The notes beneath the pieces are model-generated. The model was given only the letters and a program-made list of their open reading frames with translations. It searched no databases and had not been told where the DNA came from. The translations under genes were made by a program, and so were the position numbers. DNA of 55,019 nt, the filler included, from Sphacelaria rigidula (taxonomy: Eukaryota), in the NCBI GenBank assembly GCA_964200075.2. It is 5 parts of 5 records of this genome, joined end to end, with 100 filler letters (N's around TTAATTAATTAA, not from the genome) between each part and the next. Parts side by side here need not be neighbours in the genome. Positions count along the whole stretch, not along the records: positions 22,049 to 32,972 come from CAXNAA020005667.1; positions 33,073 to 43,996 come from CAXNAA020005668.1; 3 more parts are not named here. One strand, given 5' to 3'. Of this stretch, positions 26,501 to 38,762 are shown piece after piece (position 1 is the first letter of the stretch; every line of letters starts with the position of its first letter).

Positions 26501-28376
26501 TCTCCAAGATTTTCGGGACTGGCAAGTAGAGGTGGGCACCTGTCAACAAAGCCCCGGTTATAACCGGTTCTTGGAAACCCCAATAGGCTTTTACCGGTTA
26601 CAATTTTGAAAAGAATAAACCGGAGTTTTTTTCCACGATTGAACCGGTTCACCGGAAAACCGGTTTAACCGGAAAAAAGAGGCGTTATTCTGGCGGTTAA
26701 ATCGGGTTTTCCGGTGAACCGGTTCAACCGGTTCAATTGCGAAGTTTGAAGTTGAGGAATGGCTTGACCCCTGCTCCCCCCTTGTATTTTTGGGCATTGG
26801 GTTGCAGGGGCGGGCGGGGTGTGGCGTGCATACAGTACTGGGCGCCTGAACTTTTCAGGGTTGTTTTGAGGGTTTTCTCGCGTACTACTCTAATAAGAAC
26901 TCGAAAGTGCCAGCTTCGGTAGATTTCGGTAAAATAAGCAGATCGTCCACAAAACACAGTGCCCAAGTTAGTGTCAGTTGGTGTTATCGGGCGATAAGAG
27001 TAGATCCCCCGTTAATCAGGGCGGTTTTATTGACCGTGAAACACCGTTATTCGGCTCTAGATCAAATGAGTAGGTGGAATTTCAAAAATAAAAAGCCTGC
27101 ACATTCCTTCACAAACAATCGGGGCAGGTTTGATTGGCCGAAAATGCCGAAGAGTCAGAATCTGGGCCGAAAAGTGGCACGACCCCCGATGACCGGTCAG
27201 TCCATAAGTCACTCAATATTGAGTACATATGTTTTTCCTCGAAATGTGGAGTGGACAAAAGTATCTTCAGATCCCCCATGTGATGAGCGGTGGCAAGCAA
27301 AAGAGCTCAAGAAAATCGCCAATAACGAAGGAATCACAGAATGAACAGTTCAGGTGCCTACTACTATATTTTTTCTTTCCAACACCCTGTGTTGGCTAGG
27401 GTTACGTGCAAGATTTGAACATCAGCTGTACAAGTAATCACCAACACCATCTATTTCCTATCATCACGCATTAAAATCGTTGTCACCAGCCGCCGTGCTG
27501 TAAGTTCGACAGGTGTTGCACGGGTGCGGAGATGTGATATCGAACCTTTCCGTCACCGGCAATGGGTGTGTGTTTAGCGTATCCATCACATACCACACAC
27601 GGAACACACGACAACAACGCCTGACTCACCTGCGCGTTAATGATTTGGAGGCTTATTCCCTTGCTCATCAGGTTCAATTGGTTTTCCGATGAACCGGTTA
27701 ATCCTGCTAAAAAACCCGCGGTTAAACCGTTTTTTTTGTTTTTGAGAATGAGGCCTCTTATTCGGTAGCGGTTTTTTGTTTCTCGTATCCGGTGCCCACC
27801 TCTACTGGCGAGGTACCTGATGACTTTGGAATGCTTGCGATCACCACGGCGTACCCACAGGGCAGCTCTCGGAAGTACTGGAGTGCACTCCGATTTTTTT
27901 TCAATTTTCTCCAAGAATGATGCTTCAGAGAAAAATCAAAGCGTTTCGTTTTCGGAAAAAGTCTGAGCGCAGAGTCTGAACAGCTCGAGAATTTCTGACA
28001 TTCCCGAAATACAGGGTCGATAATAATGGGCCTCACCGGATTTGGGAGTCAGAACCCCAGTCCGAGCGTGCTTGGGGTAGGGGCATGGAAAGGAATCGAA
28101 AAGCCACAATGGAAACATGAGAACAACGGTAGGAGCGGAAATAGTAGCAGTAGCAGCTACCGCAGCAACAACAGCAAGCGTCCAAAACACCATTGATCGT
28201 ATCGACTAACTCGTTTCTTTGCCTATCGACCGTTCACGCCGCTCCCCGCTTGCGCAGCGCAACCAAAAAATCAAGCGAAAATACAGCAGCAGTGGCAGCA
28301 GCAGGAACAACAATAGCCACGGGTAACAGCAGCGGCAGTGGCAGCAGCAGCAGCAACAGCAACAGAAGCAACAACG

Positions 28377-28451
<75 letters not shown>

Positions 28452-31400
28452 GCAACAGCAGCAGCAGCAGCAGCAACAACAACGACAACTACAACAACGA
28501 CAACGACAGCAACAGCAACAGCAACAGCATCCACACCTTTCGCTGTATCGATCTACTCGCCCTCCTGCCTATGGGCCGTTGACTCCACTCATCACTCTGG
28601 AGGCGAGACGACATGCCGTCCCAGTCTGCGTAACCGCTACCCTCTTCCAGCGCGCTGCTCGACAATGCCATCGACGCCGACCTCGACCCCGGCAAGTTTG
28701 GGTCCCGGCTGACCATGATACCCGTCAAGTTCGGCTGCGGCCGTATCCCCGGAGGAGAAGTTGGAGGAGATCCCGGTGGTGCCGCTGTAGATACACTGTT
28801 CCCCTCCATCGTGGGTTCCATAGCGGTGCATTCGGTCTCTTCCCAATTTCCCCGTCCCACGCCGCCTCCCGTACCCCTCCCTTGCTCTTCTTTCCCCTCC
28901 CCTTGCCCCGCGTTAAATTCATGCACTTTATTCCACCCCTCTCTTTCTTGTTCTGCGCCTACCGCATCTTTCCCCCGTGTTGTCGGTTCGGCATAAACCC
29001 TACGGACTCCTCCCGCCGGCGATCTCGAATATGGCGATTGCGAAGCTGACTTAAGCGCCGGTATTGGAGAACTATCGCCGCTCAGTCCCCCCTCCCCAAC
29101 GAGCACCTGCATGGGAGGGAGGTGTGGTGTATAGATTCATGTGGAATTCGTCGCCGGAAGGGTGTGGGGTCTTGTTTTCATACGTACCACTTGGTACCCT
29201 GTAGGGGGAATCATATCTCGGTAAAAAACGACAACAAGAGTTTACGTTGCGGAGTGACGCGTACAGTACGTACGCTGCCGGGGTCATTCAGGCGGCGGTT
29301 TACCCTTGTGGACGTGGCGCCTCTTTTTCGCCACGGACTCGTGTACTTCGGTCATGTTTTTGCCGATGCCATCGCGTGATGTTGCGGACCGCTGAGGATC
29401 ACTTTGGCAAGGATGCACGCGCCCGACAAGACTGGAGAGTACACAGTGTACTCAACGTGTGAGACAACCGCCACTTGACAGGAGTATGCTGTGGTAGGCG
29501 ACACGGCACAGAAATACGCACTGAAGAACGCAAAAGGCAAACCGTATGCCGGTGAGAATAGTACTCGCACCGTCTTTCATTGGCGGCACGCGATTCCCGC
29601 CAGCAATCAAGCGCCCCGCTGCGACAACAAGTTGATAGGGCCACCCTATACCGACTCGTGATGGCTCTTAAACTCGGTGCAACTTTCGAGGGCATCATGT
29701 TTTCGGACAACTCATAATATGCTGGCATTCACCGAAGTCTACAGTCTACACTCTACTCGTATGTTCAACCATTTTACTATAGCAGCTCCGCGGCAGTGTA
29801 CAGAAGGGGGGGACGAATACATTCTGAACGGCGGAGTATGCTGCATCTTTGAAAGAGAATATGTATATATATATATGTCTGCCCGAGCTGTCACCTTTCG
29901 TCCGCTTTGCCCTTTCCGGAAGACAAGACGCGGTTGTAAATGAAACAACTCGCGAGAGCTGAGGCTCTGCTGGAAGGTCTGCGGCGGACAACGGTAGACA
30001 AAGCACAGGGAGGCAGTTGGAGATTCATGCTCGCGACAAAGATCGGTGTCGTCATCGTTCGATGAATGTGTTCGCCCCTTAAGTTTTCACCGCCGGTGCG
30101 AGCTATATGGCGGGCTTTTGGCCTCCGAGGATGAGCGTCGAGAATGGCCCCCAGTTGCAACTCGACACCCTTACGTTCGCTACGCCAAAACCTCATTCCT
30201 CGGTTATCGTGTATCCACGGTATCTAAGTGTGGCATATTCGGAATGCGTGACCGAGTGTACCCCGAGTATCGTGTGCGAGTCCGTGGGGGAGGGGAAGGT
30301 CGATCGTCGCCACAATTCGTTGAGTCGTGTCACACGACGAGCATGCGCAATAGAGTAAAACTAAGTGATGGTATACCACATCCATGGAAAACCCACGTGT
30401 TACATCATGAGATGCGTTTCAAATAACTCGGATGTGTTTCGAACCACTCCGGTATGACTGGAGCTGGTCGGGTGTACTTGGCGGTGAAGACATTAAATTC
30501 GTGATATCCTTTTTCCGTCTGAAGACACTCAGGTGTTGGAGGCTTGTTTTTTCAGAACGGGAAACGTCTGCCAAACCCGCCTAGTCGAGACTTTTACCTC
30601 AAGTACGGTGGAGATGATGCATTTGCCAGATACACACCGTACCCTTTGGTACGCACTCTGAGGTCAGTCACTTCAGCTAGTCTTAAGAGTGCAGATGCTT
30701 ATCTTTGGATAGAGATGCGACGAAGGGGTAGAGAGGAAGGTTTGATGGCTGATTTAGGCAAGCTTGTCGAATGCTATTTGGGCATAACGTACAGCTGGCG
30801 TTGAGTATGATCATGACAGTTACTACGACTTTCGGAGTAAGCCTTACTCTTCTGTACTCGTCTCTGATGCAGGCGTCAGACCTGTGGTGCGCATCCCACC
30901 CGTTGTTTCTGCTCACAACATCTATTCCCCCTCTCCTCTTGTCACGTGTAGCAATAGCAATACACGCAACCATCAAATCCCACAGGTTAAGAGATGACGG
31001 AGCGGGACAGTACCACGATGCTAGCTTGGAACGTTGTTAGCATAAGGTGTTCACGTTTCATAATTCTTTTGCATGCTTGCTTCAACACACTGCACGCATA
31101 CGTACCACACGAAAAACAAAGTCGGGGTATATTGGCTCCATTCGAAACTTTCATCCATCATGGACAGAACCGAGAGTCATACCTTCGCTTGTTGCTTGGC
31201 GCGATGCGACAACTGCGATATCCCGTGAAGAATTTGTTCCCCGCGGGAATCGTGGCGTATGCCCTTTCTGTGCGGGTGCCCGTGCGCTCTCGACTCCTCT
31301 TTGATAACTTTGTCCACCTCCATCCTTAAGAGCTCCAGATGTCCTTGGTCATTGTTTTCTGCTCTTTTCGCCTTTTCTTCGCGCCGCTAGGATGGGAGTC

Positions 31401-32199
31401 CGGGGAAGGAGCCGGGAGGGGAAAGGATGTCGATAAGGCAACGGGGCGGGGAAACGAACGGAGGAAAATAGAGGGAACGGGCGCCTGCGGGGGAGACCAA
31501 ACATCGTGTGCGAAATGGACAATAGCGGGGGAGACCAGTGGATAGGTGTTGCTCGTTTCTTCGTATTGTACAGACTCGTCGAGCTCAAAATTCTGGACCC
31601 ACAAAACAAGGCAAGGGCCGAACGTCAATATGTACCCCTTGCCATCTCTTGATTGAGGGAAACGACAAAAGCCAAATGCTGTCAGTACCACGCCACTAGC
31701 GGTACGAAGATGGTACGCACGCCTTTGGAACAGTGACAACAGCAGCAGCGGCAGAGGCAGCAGCAGTAACAGCAGCGGCAGCATAAGGAACAACACCAGC
31801 AACAACAGAAACGGCAAGGACAACAGAAGCAACAAGATAAAACTCCCTCAATAATACCTTATCTCTCAGCAACTCCTTCTCCATGGCGCATAAGCGGGAG
31901 TCGTAGTCGTGGGTGGAGGAGCAGCCGGCCTTGCTCAGTAAGCACAACTGACTCCACCTTGTCAGGAAATAGTACCCCACAGCGAGCCCAAACAGCGCCC
32001 AGCCTGACAGTATAAACATCAACTCGCCGTCGGAACCCGAATTTCCGTCCGTGGCTACTACTTCCGCCAGCCACCGGCGACGGTGATCGTCTGCGGCGTG
32101 ATCGTCGGTTGCATGGTCATCGGTCGTATGATCGTCGGTGGCATGATCATCGTCATCATAGTCGCCTTCGTCGTCCGAGTGTGTAGAGGGGACTATTGC
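23015..32199 (-). CDS. Multi-pass membrane protein with a C-terminal EF-hand-like region, MLO-like; partial at both ends
   Basis: Phase-0 exons 32199-31858, 31386-31183, 29106-28537, 26078-25890, 24942-24769, 23212-23015 join in frame. They give a DDH-repeat loop, a TM segment (LMFILSGWALFGLAVGYYFL), a long disordered loop, IYPFSSPQLTHKMLDVLLLFSCTYLALWAVNFL, a further TM, then LFDEIDTSGRGTFTLKDLRAVL (EF-hand-like). The gene itself is well supported; the MLO family assignment is an inference from motif resemblance. Confidence 0.75.
23405..23523 (+). mobile_element. Retroposon (LINE/SINE) 3' end with an (AAC)n tail
   Basis: CCTGTGACCACGG...CAGATATCGGAACGGTTTTTAATGTGAAGAC(AAC)n. The same end occurs at about 32520-32625 (+) and 54947-55019 (-). 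Confidence 0.7.
24657..24740. repeat. 8-bp tandem repeat (TCAATGGA)n; degenerate sibling at about 24322-24398
   Basis: About seven perfect units from 24657, then decay. Confidence 0.9.
25222..25691. mobile_element. Foldback/MITE with about 160-bp inverted arms
   Basis: Arm 25222-about 25385 (GCTAACTCTAGTGGGAG...GGCTAGGCGGA...GTTCCAGGGCAACTTCGCGTTT) is the diverged reverse complement of about 25533-25691. Confidence 0.8.
26527..27804. mobile_element. Non-autonomous hAT-type DNA transposon
   Basis: Perfect 14-bp TIR TAGAGGTGGGCACC / GGTGCCCACCTCTA, 8-bp TSD CTGGCAAG / CTGGCGAG, and many subterminal AACCGG/CCGGTT motifs at both ends. No transposase ORF. Confidence 0.88.
26833..27366. mobile_element. 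Tc1/mariner-type MITE nested in the hAT element
   Basis: TA|CAGTACTGGGCGCCTGAACT at the left end versus the reverse complement TA|TAGTAGTAGGCACCTGAACT at the right end; TA flanks. Confidence 0.6.
28325..28529. repeat. Compound (CAA)n/(CAG)n microsatellite, intronic
   Basis: Read directly; lies just inside the donor at 28537 of the minus-strand membrane-protein gene. Confidence 0.95.
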
Positions 32200-32972
32200 C
32201 TGTTTTTGGTTTCGAGTGTTTCCGATGTCGTTTCTTTGTTATCGTGTCGCGGCGGCATGAAGGTGGGAGGACGTTGGATGGCATCACTGGGTCATATGCG
32301 CTAGCTTCAGCGTCAGAAAAGGGTATGCCTACCGCGCACGATTACGCTTGCATCATATCCACTCTGACACACCCTTCACCGCATGACCTCGTGCAGTCAA
32401 GAGTTGGTCTAGATATGCTGTTGGGGTATGTTGGGGACTAAACGAAACGGCATAAACCCCCACTACTTCACAGAAGATCTGCCGAATGACGACGTCGCGA
32501 ACCTTGCTTTTAACGCCCCATCGCCACGGAAGGCGTCCGCATCAGATGCCCAGTACGAATGTACCGCGCAGATATCGGAACGGTTTTGAACGTGAAGACA
32601 ACAGAAACAATAACAACAACAATCATAGTCATGATCGGTTGTAAAACCGTAGGCATGCAACACACCGGTGGGCCCCACAGTTCAGTCAGGCTACCTTCAT
32701 TATCCCCCGCGGTGTACCCGATCAAATCTCGCCGGTAGTCTCACTGTTCCTTGGGCTCGCTTTCGGGTGTCGAATTCGATCAAACCCCTCCGAATGAAAA
32801 CTCTATCGCTAGGCCGTAACCCTTTTCCCCACCCATTTACCCAAATGTCAAAAAGTGCGGAACAAATACACAAATGATAGATAAATCAAAGTGTGCGTCG
32901 GGGGAGGGGGGGGGGGGGAATCTGTGTGGAAGCAAGAACAAAGGGGGGGGCACACCTTCCACAGCTTGACCC

Positions 32973-33072
32973 NNNNNNNNNNNNNNNNNNNNNNNNNNNN
33001 NNNNNNNNNNNNNNNNTTAATTAATTAANNNNNNNNNNNNNNNNNNNNNNNNNNNNNNNNNNNNNNNNNNNN
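32973..33072. other. Artificial contig linker
   Basis: Same N44-TTAATTAATTAA-N44 structure. Confidence 0.98.
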
Positions 33073-33194
33073 ACACGATGCCCTAACTGATTCTGTTCGA
33101 AATATCGCATCACATACATGTCCTGCCCATTCCCCGCTACCCCTCTACCCCGCCAAGACAACACACGGCAAGAACGCTCCACAAGACACCGTAC

Positions 33195-35765
33195 CTGGCG
33201 GTGGTGCGAGCAGTGCTGGAGGCCGTGGGAGACATTACCCCAGAGCTCGTCGCCCCAGCTCTAGACTCCGACACGGGGGACCCGCTAGTCTCTTCCATGC
33301 TAGCGTCTTGCTTGCCCCCTCCCGAGTTGACAACTCGTCCGCGCTTGGACTCCACGTGCGCCGCCTTCTGCGTCGCCTGTCCTGCTGCCGTCATTGTGGC
33401 GTCTTTCGTTGCCGCCTTCCCCAACTTCCCAACCCCGATGTTGGCGTCGTGCGGCGCTCCCCAGACTGGGCGATCGGGTGCCGCGGAGGTCAGGGAGGGC
33501 TTCCTCTGACGCTTGCGGCTCATACCGGCCACGGAGTTAGCCCCGCTAGCGACACTTACGCGTCCCGCGCCACCCACGGGCGCTCCCTTCTCGCTCTTCT
33601 CGCTCATTCTGCGGAATGACTCTGCCCTGTTGCTGTTTTTGTTGCCGCTGCTGCTGCTGATGCCACGACTGGTACAGGTAGTGCCGCTGCTTACCCTGTC
33701 GGCGGCGATGAGCTCAGCGTTCTTGCTGGTGTTCGTAGCTGGGTGGATATTGTCGACGCCCTTCTCGTTCCTGTTGTTGTTGCGGTTGGTATTGATGTCG
33801 CTGGTGTTGTAGAGGCGGATGCTGTTGCCGCCCGCCTCCTCAGCGGTGTTGCTGCTGCTGTTACTGCTGTTGTTACTGCTGCCGCTGGTAGCGGTCGAGG
33901 CGGTCGAGGCGGTCGAGGCGGTCGAGGCAGTGGTGGACGTAGCCGTGCTGCTGGACTGCGTGTGGTTGTCGCTGTCGCGGCAGGGGCGGCGGCTGTTGGC
34001 GACCTTCCCGTTGTTGCTGTTGCTGTTACCTCCGCTGATAGCGGTCGAGGCGGTCATGGCATTGGTGATGTTGCTGTCGCGCGCGCCGATGGCATCGCCC
34101 TCCTTTGTGTTGGCACTGTTGTTGCTGCTGCTGCTGGTCGGCAACGAGGCGTTCATGTCCAACGTCAGCAGTGACGGCCTGCTGCCCATGGAGCTACCCC
34201 CAGACATAGATACGGGTGAATACCCCATGGCAATCCCCACGGCGGTAGGGTGGGACACCTTTGGGGAGGATACATCGAAAGTCACCCTCTTCGGCTTCTT
34301 CGCGTCCTGCGCAGCGGCAACCGCCACACCAGCTTCCAGATCAGCGATCTTGGCATTAGCAGCCTTCACGTCATCTTGAAGGCTGTTGATAGCCTTGATT
34401 TTATCGCTGAGGCGTCTGCCCATCAGCTGCACCATGTTTTGTAAACCACGTAGCTTGGCGTTGGTTTCCCTCAGGAAAGACGTCTGTTATGCAGCACACA
34501 TGAGACGGCGGTGCCGAGGAGATTTGACGGACACAGATCCATGCAAAAGTGTACACCCGTAGAATTTATGTGACGTGAACAAACACACACATGTATACAT
34601 ATGTTCCCAACAATCCTCCCATGATCGTCCAAGAGAAAGGCGGATCACGTTTGAGATGGGAGGGGACAAGCGAAGAAATCGCGCAAGACACATATCGTTA
34701 TCTGCACTGCGCTACTCTTGACCTCTCGTCACCGCAAAGCTACGTGGAAAAAGTCAACACACATAAAAATCTACAAGTGTTTTCCATGCTCCAACATGCC
34801 ATTAGTAGGTACAACTTGGGCACCATTGCAACTGTGCACCACAAATCTACGATCATGACAACAATACGGGAGGGGGGGAAGAGCAAGGGCTCACATACCA
34901 CGCACAGCATATAAGCACTTGCGCAAAGCTCTGAAGCGGCAGTAGACCAAAACATGACAAAAAGCAAAAAGGGGCATGAAAGGAAAGACAACGTACAAGC
35001 GACAGAGGCAATTTGGCAACATCACCCGAAACACGACAGACCTGGTGCTCCTGGCGCTCCATGGTGCGGTGGGTCGGATTGAATGTTTCGCTCATCCCCT
35101 CGAAGTCAACGCCCTGCAAACACGTGTGCGACGGAACGAGCGCGTGTAGCGTGGGACACGGTGTAGACATGACATTCAAGTCAGATCGCCATCCTAGCCG
35201 GGGGGAAACACTCAACACGGAACATGGGTGCGCGTAGCATGCAAACCTCCGACACGTACACAAACGCGAGTGCTCGCCGCAGGGCAGATAACATCCTCCC
35301 ACAGCACCGGGGGCAAACAGACCATGAAAGAGACGAAAATGAGCCTAGGCTAAAACTGGGTACACCGCAACACGCAGTCACCTCGGCGGGCACACTGCCA
35401 ACGTCGTCCTGCCCAGCCTCCACGACGGCCATTGGCTCCTCCTGTTCCTGTCCTGGACCCGAGTCCTCCAGCGTCACCTCGTCCCCCACCACGTCCCCTT
35501 CCAACCCTTCCTCGTCCTCACCCCCCTCACTCGGATAACCCTCCTCCGAGCCCGTATCTTCACAGTCCCTGCTGACCATGTCCATCACCTCCATTTCTTC
35601 TCCTTCATAGTCTTGATATCTGACACGATATGTTTCCACGTCGACGATGTCGACCACCTCCCACACCCCCACCGTCCTGTTTGATCCCTCCGGATAGTGA
35701 ACGGCGACACCTTTTCGGTAGTGATATACTTCCGTCCATCCAAACTCCGGCTCAACTGCCTGCTC
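33195..35765 (-). CDS. Hypothetical protein: acidic segment, short coiled coil and long Ser/Thr/Asn-rich disordered tail; partial
   Basis: Phase-compatible exons about 35765-35382, 35113-35042 and 34483-33195 (the last lies within the 432-aa ORF 33137-34435). Heptad-like stretch LRETNAKLRGLQNMVQLMGRRLSDKIKAINSLQDDVKAANAKIADLE. Donor AG|gtacgg at 33195 shows the gene continues past the contig break. The 5' structure is uncertain. Confidence 0.7.
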
Positions 35766-37454
35766 CTGCGGGGCGGGGGAGGGGGGAGGAGGGAAACATA
35801 CATGTGGAGCATTAGAACGCTAGATGAACGCACATACAGCGGTGAGCTTTCGAAAAGCAAGGCGGCCATTTTTGGCTCGTCACATACTGTCTTCCTAATC
35901 AGACCACTTCTTGTGGCAACAGCACAAGTAATCTACCGCATATATCCGCTCTTTGCATTGCCGAAGAACACAGAAAGTCACGTCGAAATTGTGCACGTAG
36001 TGGGTGCATGACCCATTGCTTTATAGTGGTAAAGCAGTATGCCTACAAGAAAGCAGCACTAGTATAATACACGTAAAAAGATGTGTGCGAGAGTAGAAAA
36101 CTCGACGACTGACCGGTCACGACCACCCTTTGAAAGCTCAAACTCGATGGAAAGACTCATCCCTACTATAGCAGTTATTGGTACCGTGGCAGCTGTGCCG
36201 CATCCCGGCTGTGGATCGGATGCCCAGTCAGGGCAACGGGGGAGCTTGTACCCGGTATACGGCCGAATGGATGGTACCGTACATCTGAAATACGTGCTTG
36301 TTTTGGGGTGCGAGTAAGATATATTGTACGCAACAAGCACGTCCGGTCTAACGTTGCGCATGCGGCCTCAGTGCCAGCGACTAGTACCAGCGCGTGCGAA
36401 ATAGTGATGAGCCTATAATAGTCCCTCCTAGCTACACGTACACATTGCTCATCTCGGCGAAAATCTATTCAACACCTCAGAAGCTAAGGCAATCCTCCTC
36501 GGCGTCATCACTACCACACACAATACGATATAATCATCTTGCGGCTGCCGAGACCTACTGTTGAAGCGTTACAGACGTACTGTCATGAGAGTACTGCACT
36601 GGTTGTCACAGCGGCACCGCTCGTGACTTTGTCTTGCGGGGAAAAGGTTGCCAGGCGACCTCACATGGCCTCTCCCGACAGCTTGAAACAAGGGGCTATA
36701 TCGACGAACTCCAACTAGCGCACAACATTCGCCACTTCTGCCACTGCCCTTGCGCGTCCATCGATACCGGCGATGGTTACTGCATGTTGTGCGCGTTCCA
36801 TGTTTTTTTCCTGCCGACGATAATAAGCGGCTCCATCACCACTTTTCCATAATCGAAAGTGGAGCTTCGCCAATATTGGTCACTTCTTTGCCTAGCAAAA
36901 AAATATCGACACTTTTCACACGTACAAAATTGCTCCAGAATGTATTATTTTCCAATAATTCGAACAAGGGTAACCGATATACCAAGTACGTATGTGTGCG
37001 TCGACTCGGACGGCTCTTCATCTGCTCATCAAATAATCTTTGTGCAGGTTCAGTGTTCTTTTTCCCCCCTACGCTACTTCCTACGGGATCAATCGTACGA
37101 ACCGATCAAACGTGCATCTATTCAAGGCCATGCTCTTCTGTAGGGTACGTTTTGTGGTATACCCAGTGTATTGACCCGAGTAATACCAGCACCCGACAGT
37201 TCTGCAATTCTGTGAGTCTCCCGTGTGGTTGTCCCTGCGTGCACACTGTTCTACGGTACAGCAACATGTGCAGCGACTCGACAACCGAAAGGTGCAAGCT
37301 ACAAGGGACTACTCGGGAAAACATATATACACACAGTCACCTCCTTGTCTTGTGTGCATTAATGGTGGAGTGGCCGGTACCGAAATGGCGAAAGAAGGCC
37401 AGAGTGCGACGTACACGATCCGAGGGTGTTATTCCGGGGAACATGACGACCAAA

Positions 37455-38716
37455 TTAACTGATGTAAACGATCATGTCGGTTCCTTCCTTCTCTTCGCGC
37501 TTCGTGTCCGCGTTGAAGCTTTTCGTTGGGGAATTCCCAAGACGTGTAATTGACTTCTTGACCTTTTCGGGTGTTCTCGGGAGAGGCAGCCCCCCTATCG
37601 ACCCCCCCTCCCCTGCCCCCCTCTCGTGGAAACTCCCGAATGTATCTGAGCTGTCAGCCCGGAAAACTCTTCCGCTGATCTGAGTCCCGCGGTTCTCAAC
37701 CGTTAGACGGTGAGGGTAGTCTACCTGGATCATGCATCATTTTTTCAGGTTAAATTGATGCCGATTCAACAGATGGCCTACTCTCGCACTCAAAGGGTGA
37801 CATTGAATCATGAAGAGTGTACCATTTCAACCACCGGAGCGCGGCGTCGATGTGATGACAACTAATCAAACTTCCAAGGGCAGGTCGAGTAGAGTATACT
37901 CAATACTCAGTATTTTCCAAGAGACATACTTTTAGCACACAAATTTCGAGTAGAGTATGTATGGCCGTGCTCAATCGAGTCAAAATTTGAGTAGAGTGTT
38001 TGAGGCCGTACTCAACCTACTCAAAATTTGAGTAGAGTATCAAGGCCATACCCAAGTAATACTCTATACTCGAGTAGTATTACTGAGAGTGCCTTACTCA
38101 ATATTTGAGTAAAGTATTGAAGACCGTACTCGATCTACATAATTTTTTAGTAGAATATTTGAGGCCGTACAGGCTGGGCCGCCTGAGGAGCGGACTTTCC
38201 TTCAGCCGGGTCTAACTGACGATCTATCGCGAGTTGTGTCTACTATGACACATCGTGGTAATCTGCAAATCAACGCGCGCCTTTCACTTCACGTAGCACT
38301 GCGATCTGATAAGTTCCCATCTAACGAAATACCAAACTATAGTCAGCTGCGAAGTGTAGAGAGTTGAGGGTAGCATGTGCGGCGGAACTAGGGGGAAATA
38401 CGCTGAAATCGTACGGTTACAGTCGGTTGTGCCGCGGCCGCAAAGTGATGGTGCTGCACTAGTTGTGGTTGTACAACAATTCATGTCGTAGTGTACGCGC
38501 GCAGGGTCTGAGGTGGCACGAAGACGAGACCTCCAGCGCCCCATGGCGTCGGGCTTGTAGAAAACGTCAAAGTTCCGGCTGAGGTTGTTGCCCTCTAAAA
38601 GCAAGTGAACCGGTTCTCGACAGAAAAACGCGATTCCACTGCTCAATTTCAAGTTGTTTCCCATGGAATTTTGACACGATATACATGGGGTATATGTGAA
38701 GCCCCTACCGTTTGCC

Positions 38717-38762
<46 letters not shown>

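Larger units (their letters stand above)
26468..28032. mobile_element. PIF/Harbinger (Tourist)-like MITE, outer element of a nest
   Basis: TIRs GGCCCATTATTATGGACACTGT at 26468 and the reverse complement GGCCCATTATTATCGACCCTGT ending at 28032. Flanks are TTA/TCA (3-bp TWA-type TSD with one mismatch). Confidence 0.7.

Noticed and set aside
28193..28712. Poly-Asn/Thr/Leu/Val ORFs
   Set aside because: These are translations of an intronic CAA/CAG microsatellite.
4040..32199. Functional cluster (myotubularin + vacuolar-type amino-acid transporter + Ca2+ membrane protein)
   Set aside because: The genes lie on different contigs that were concatenated artificially by size.
33201..34444. Plus-strand hydrophobic ORFs (for example 33819-34379)
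   Set aside because: Antisense shadows of the Ser/Asn/Thr-rich minus-strand exon.
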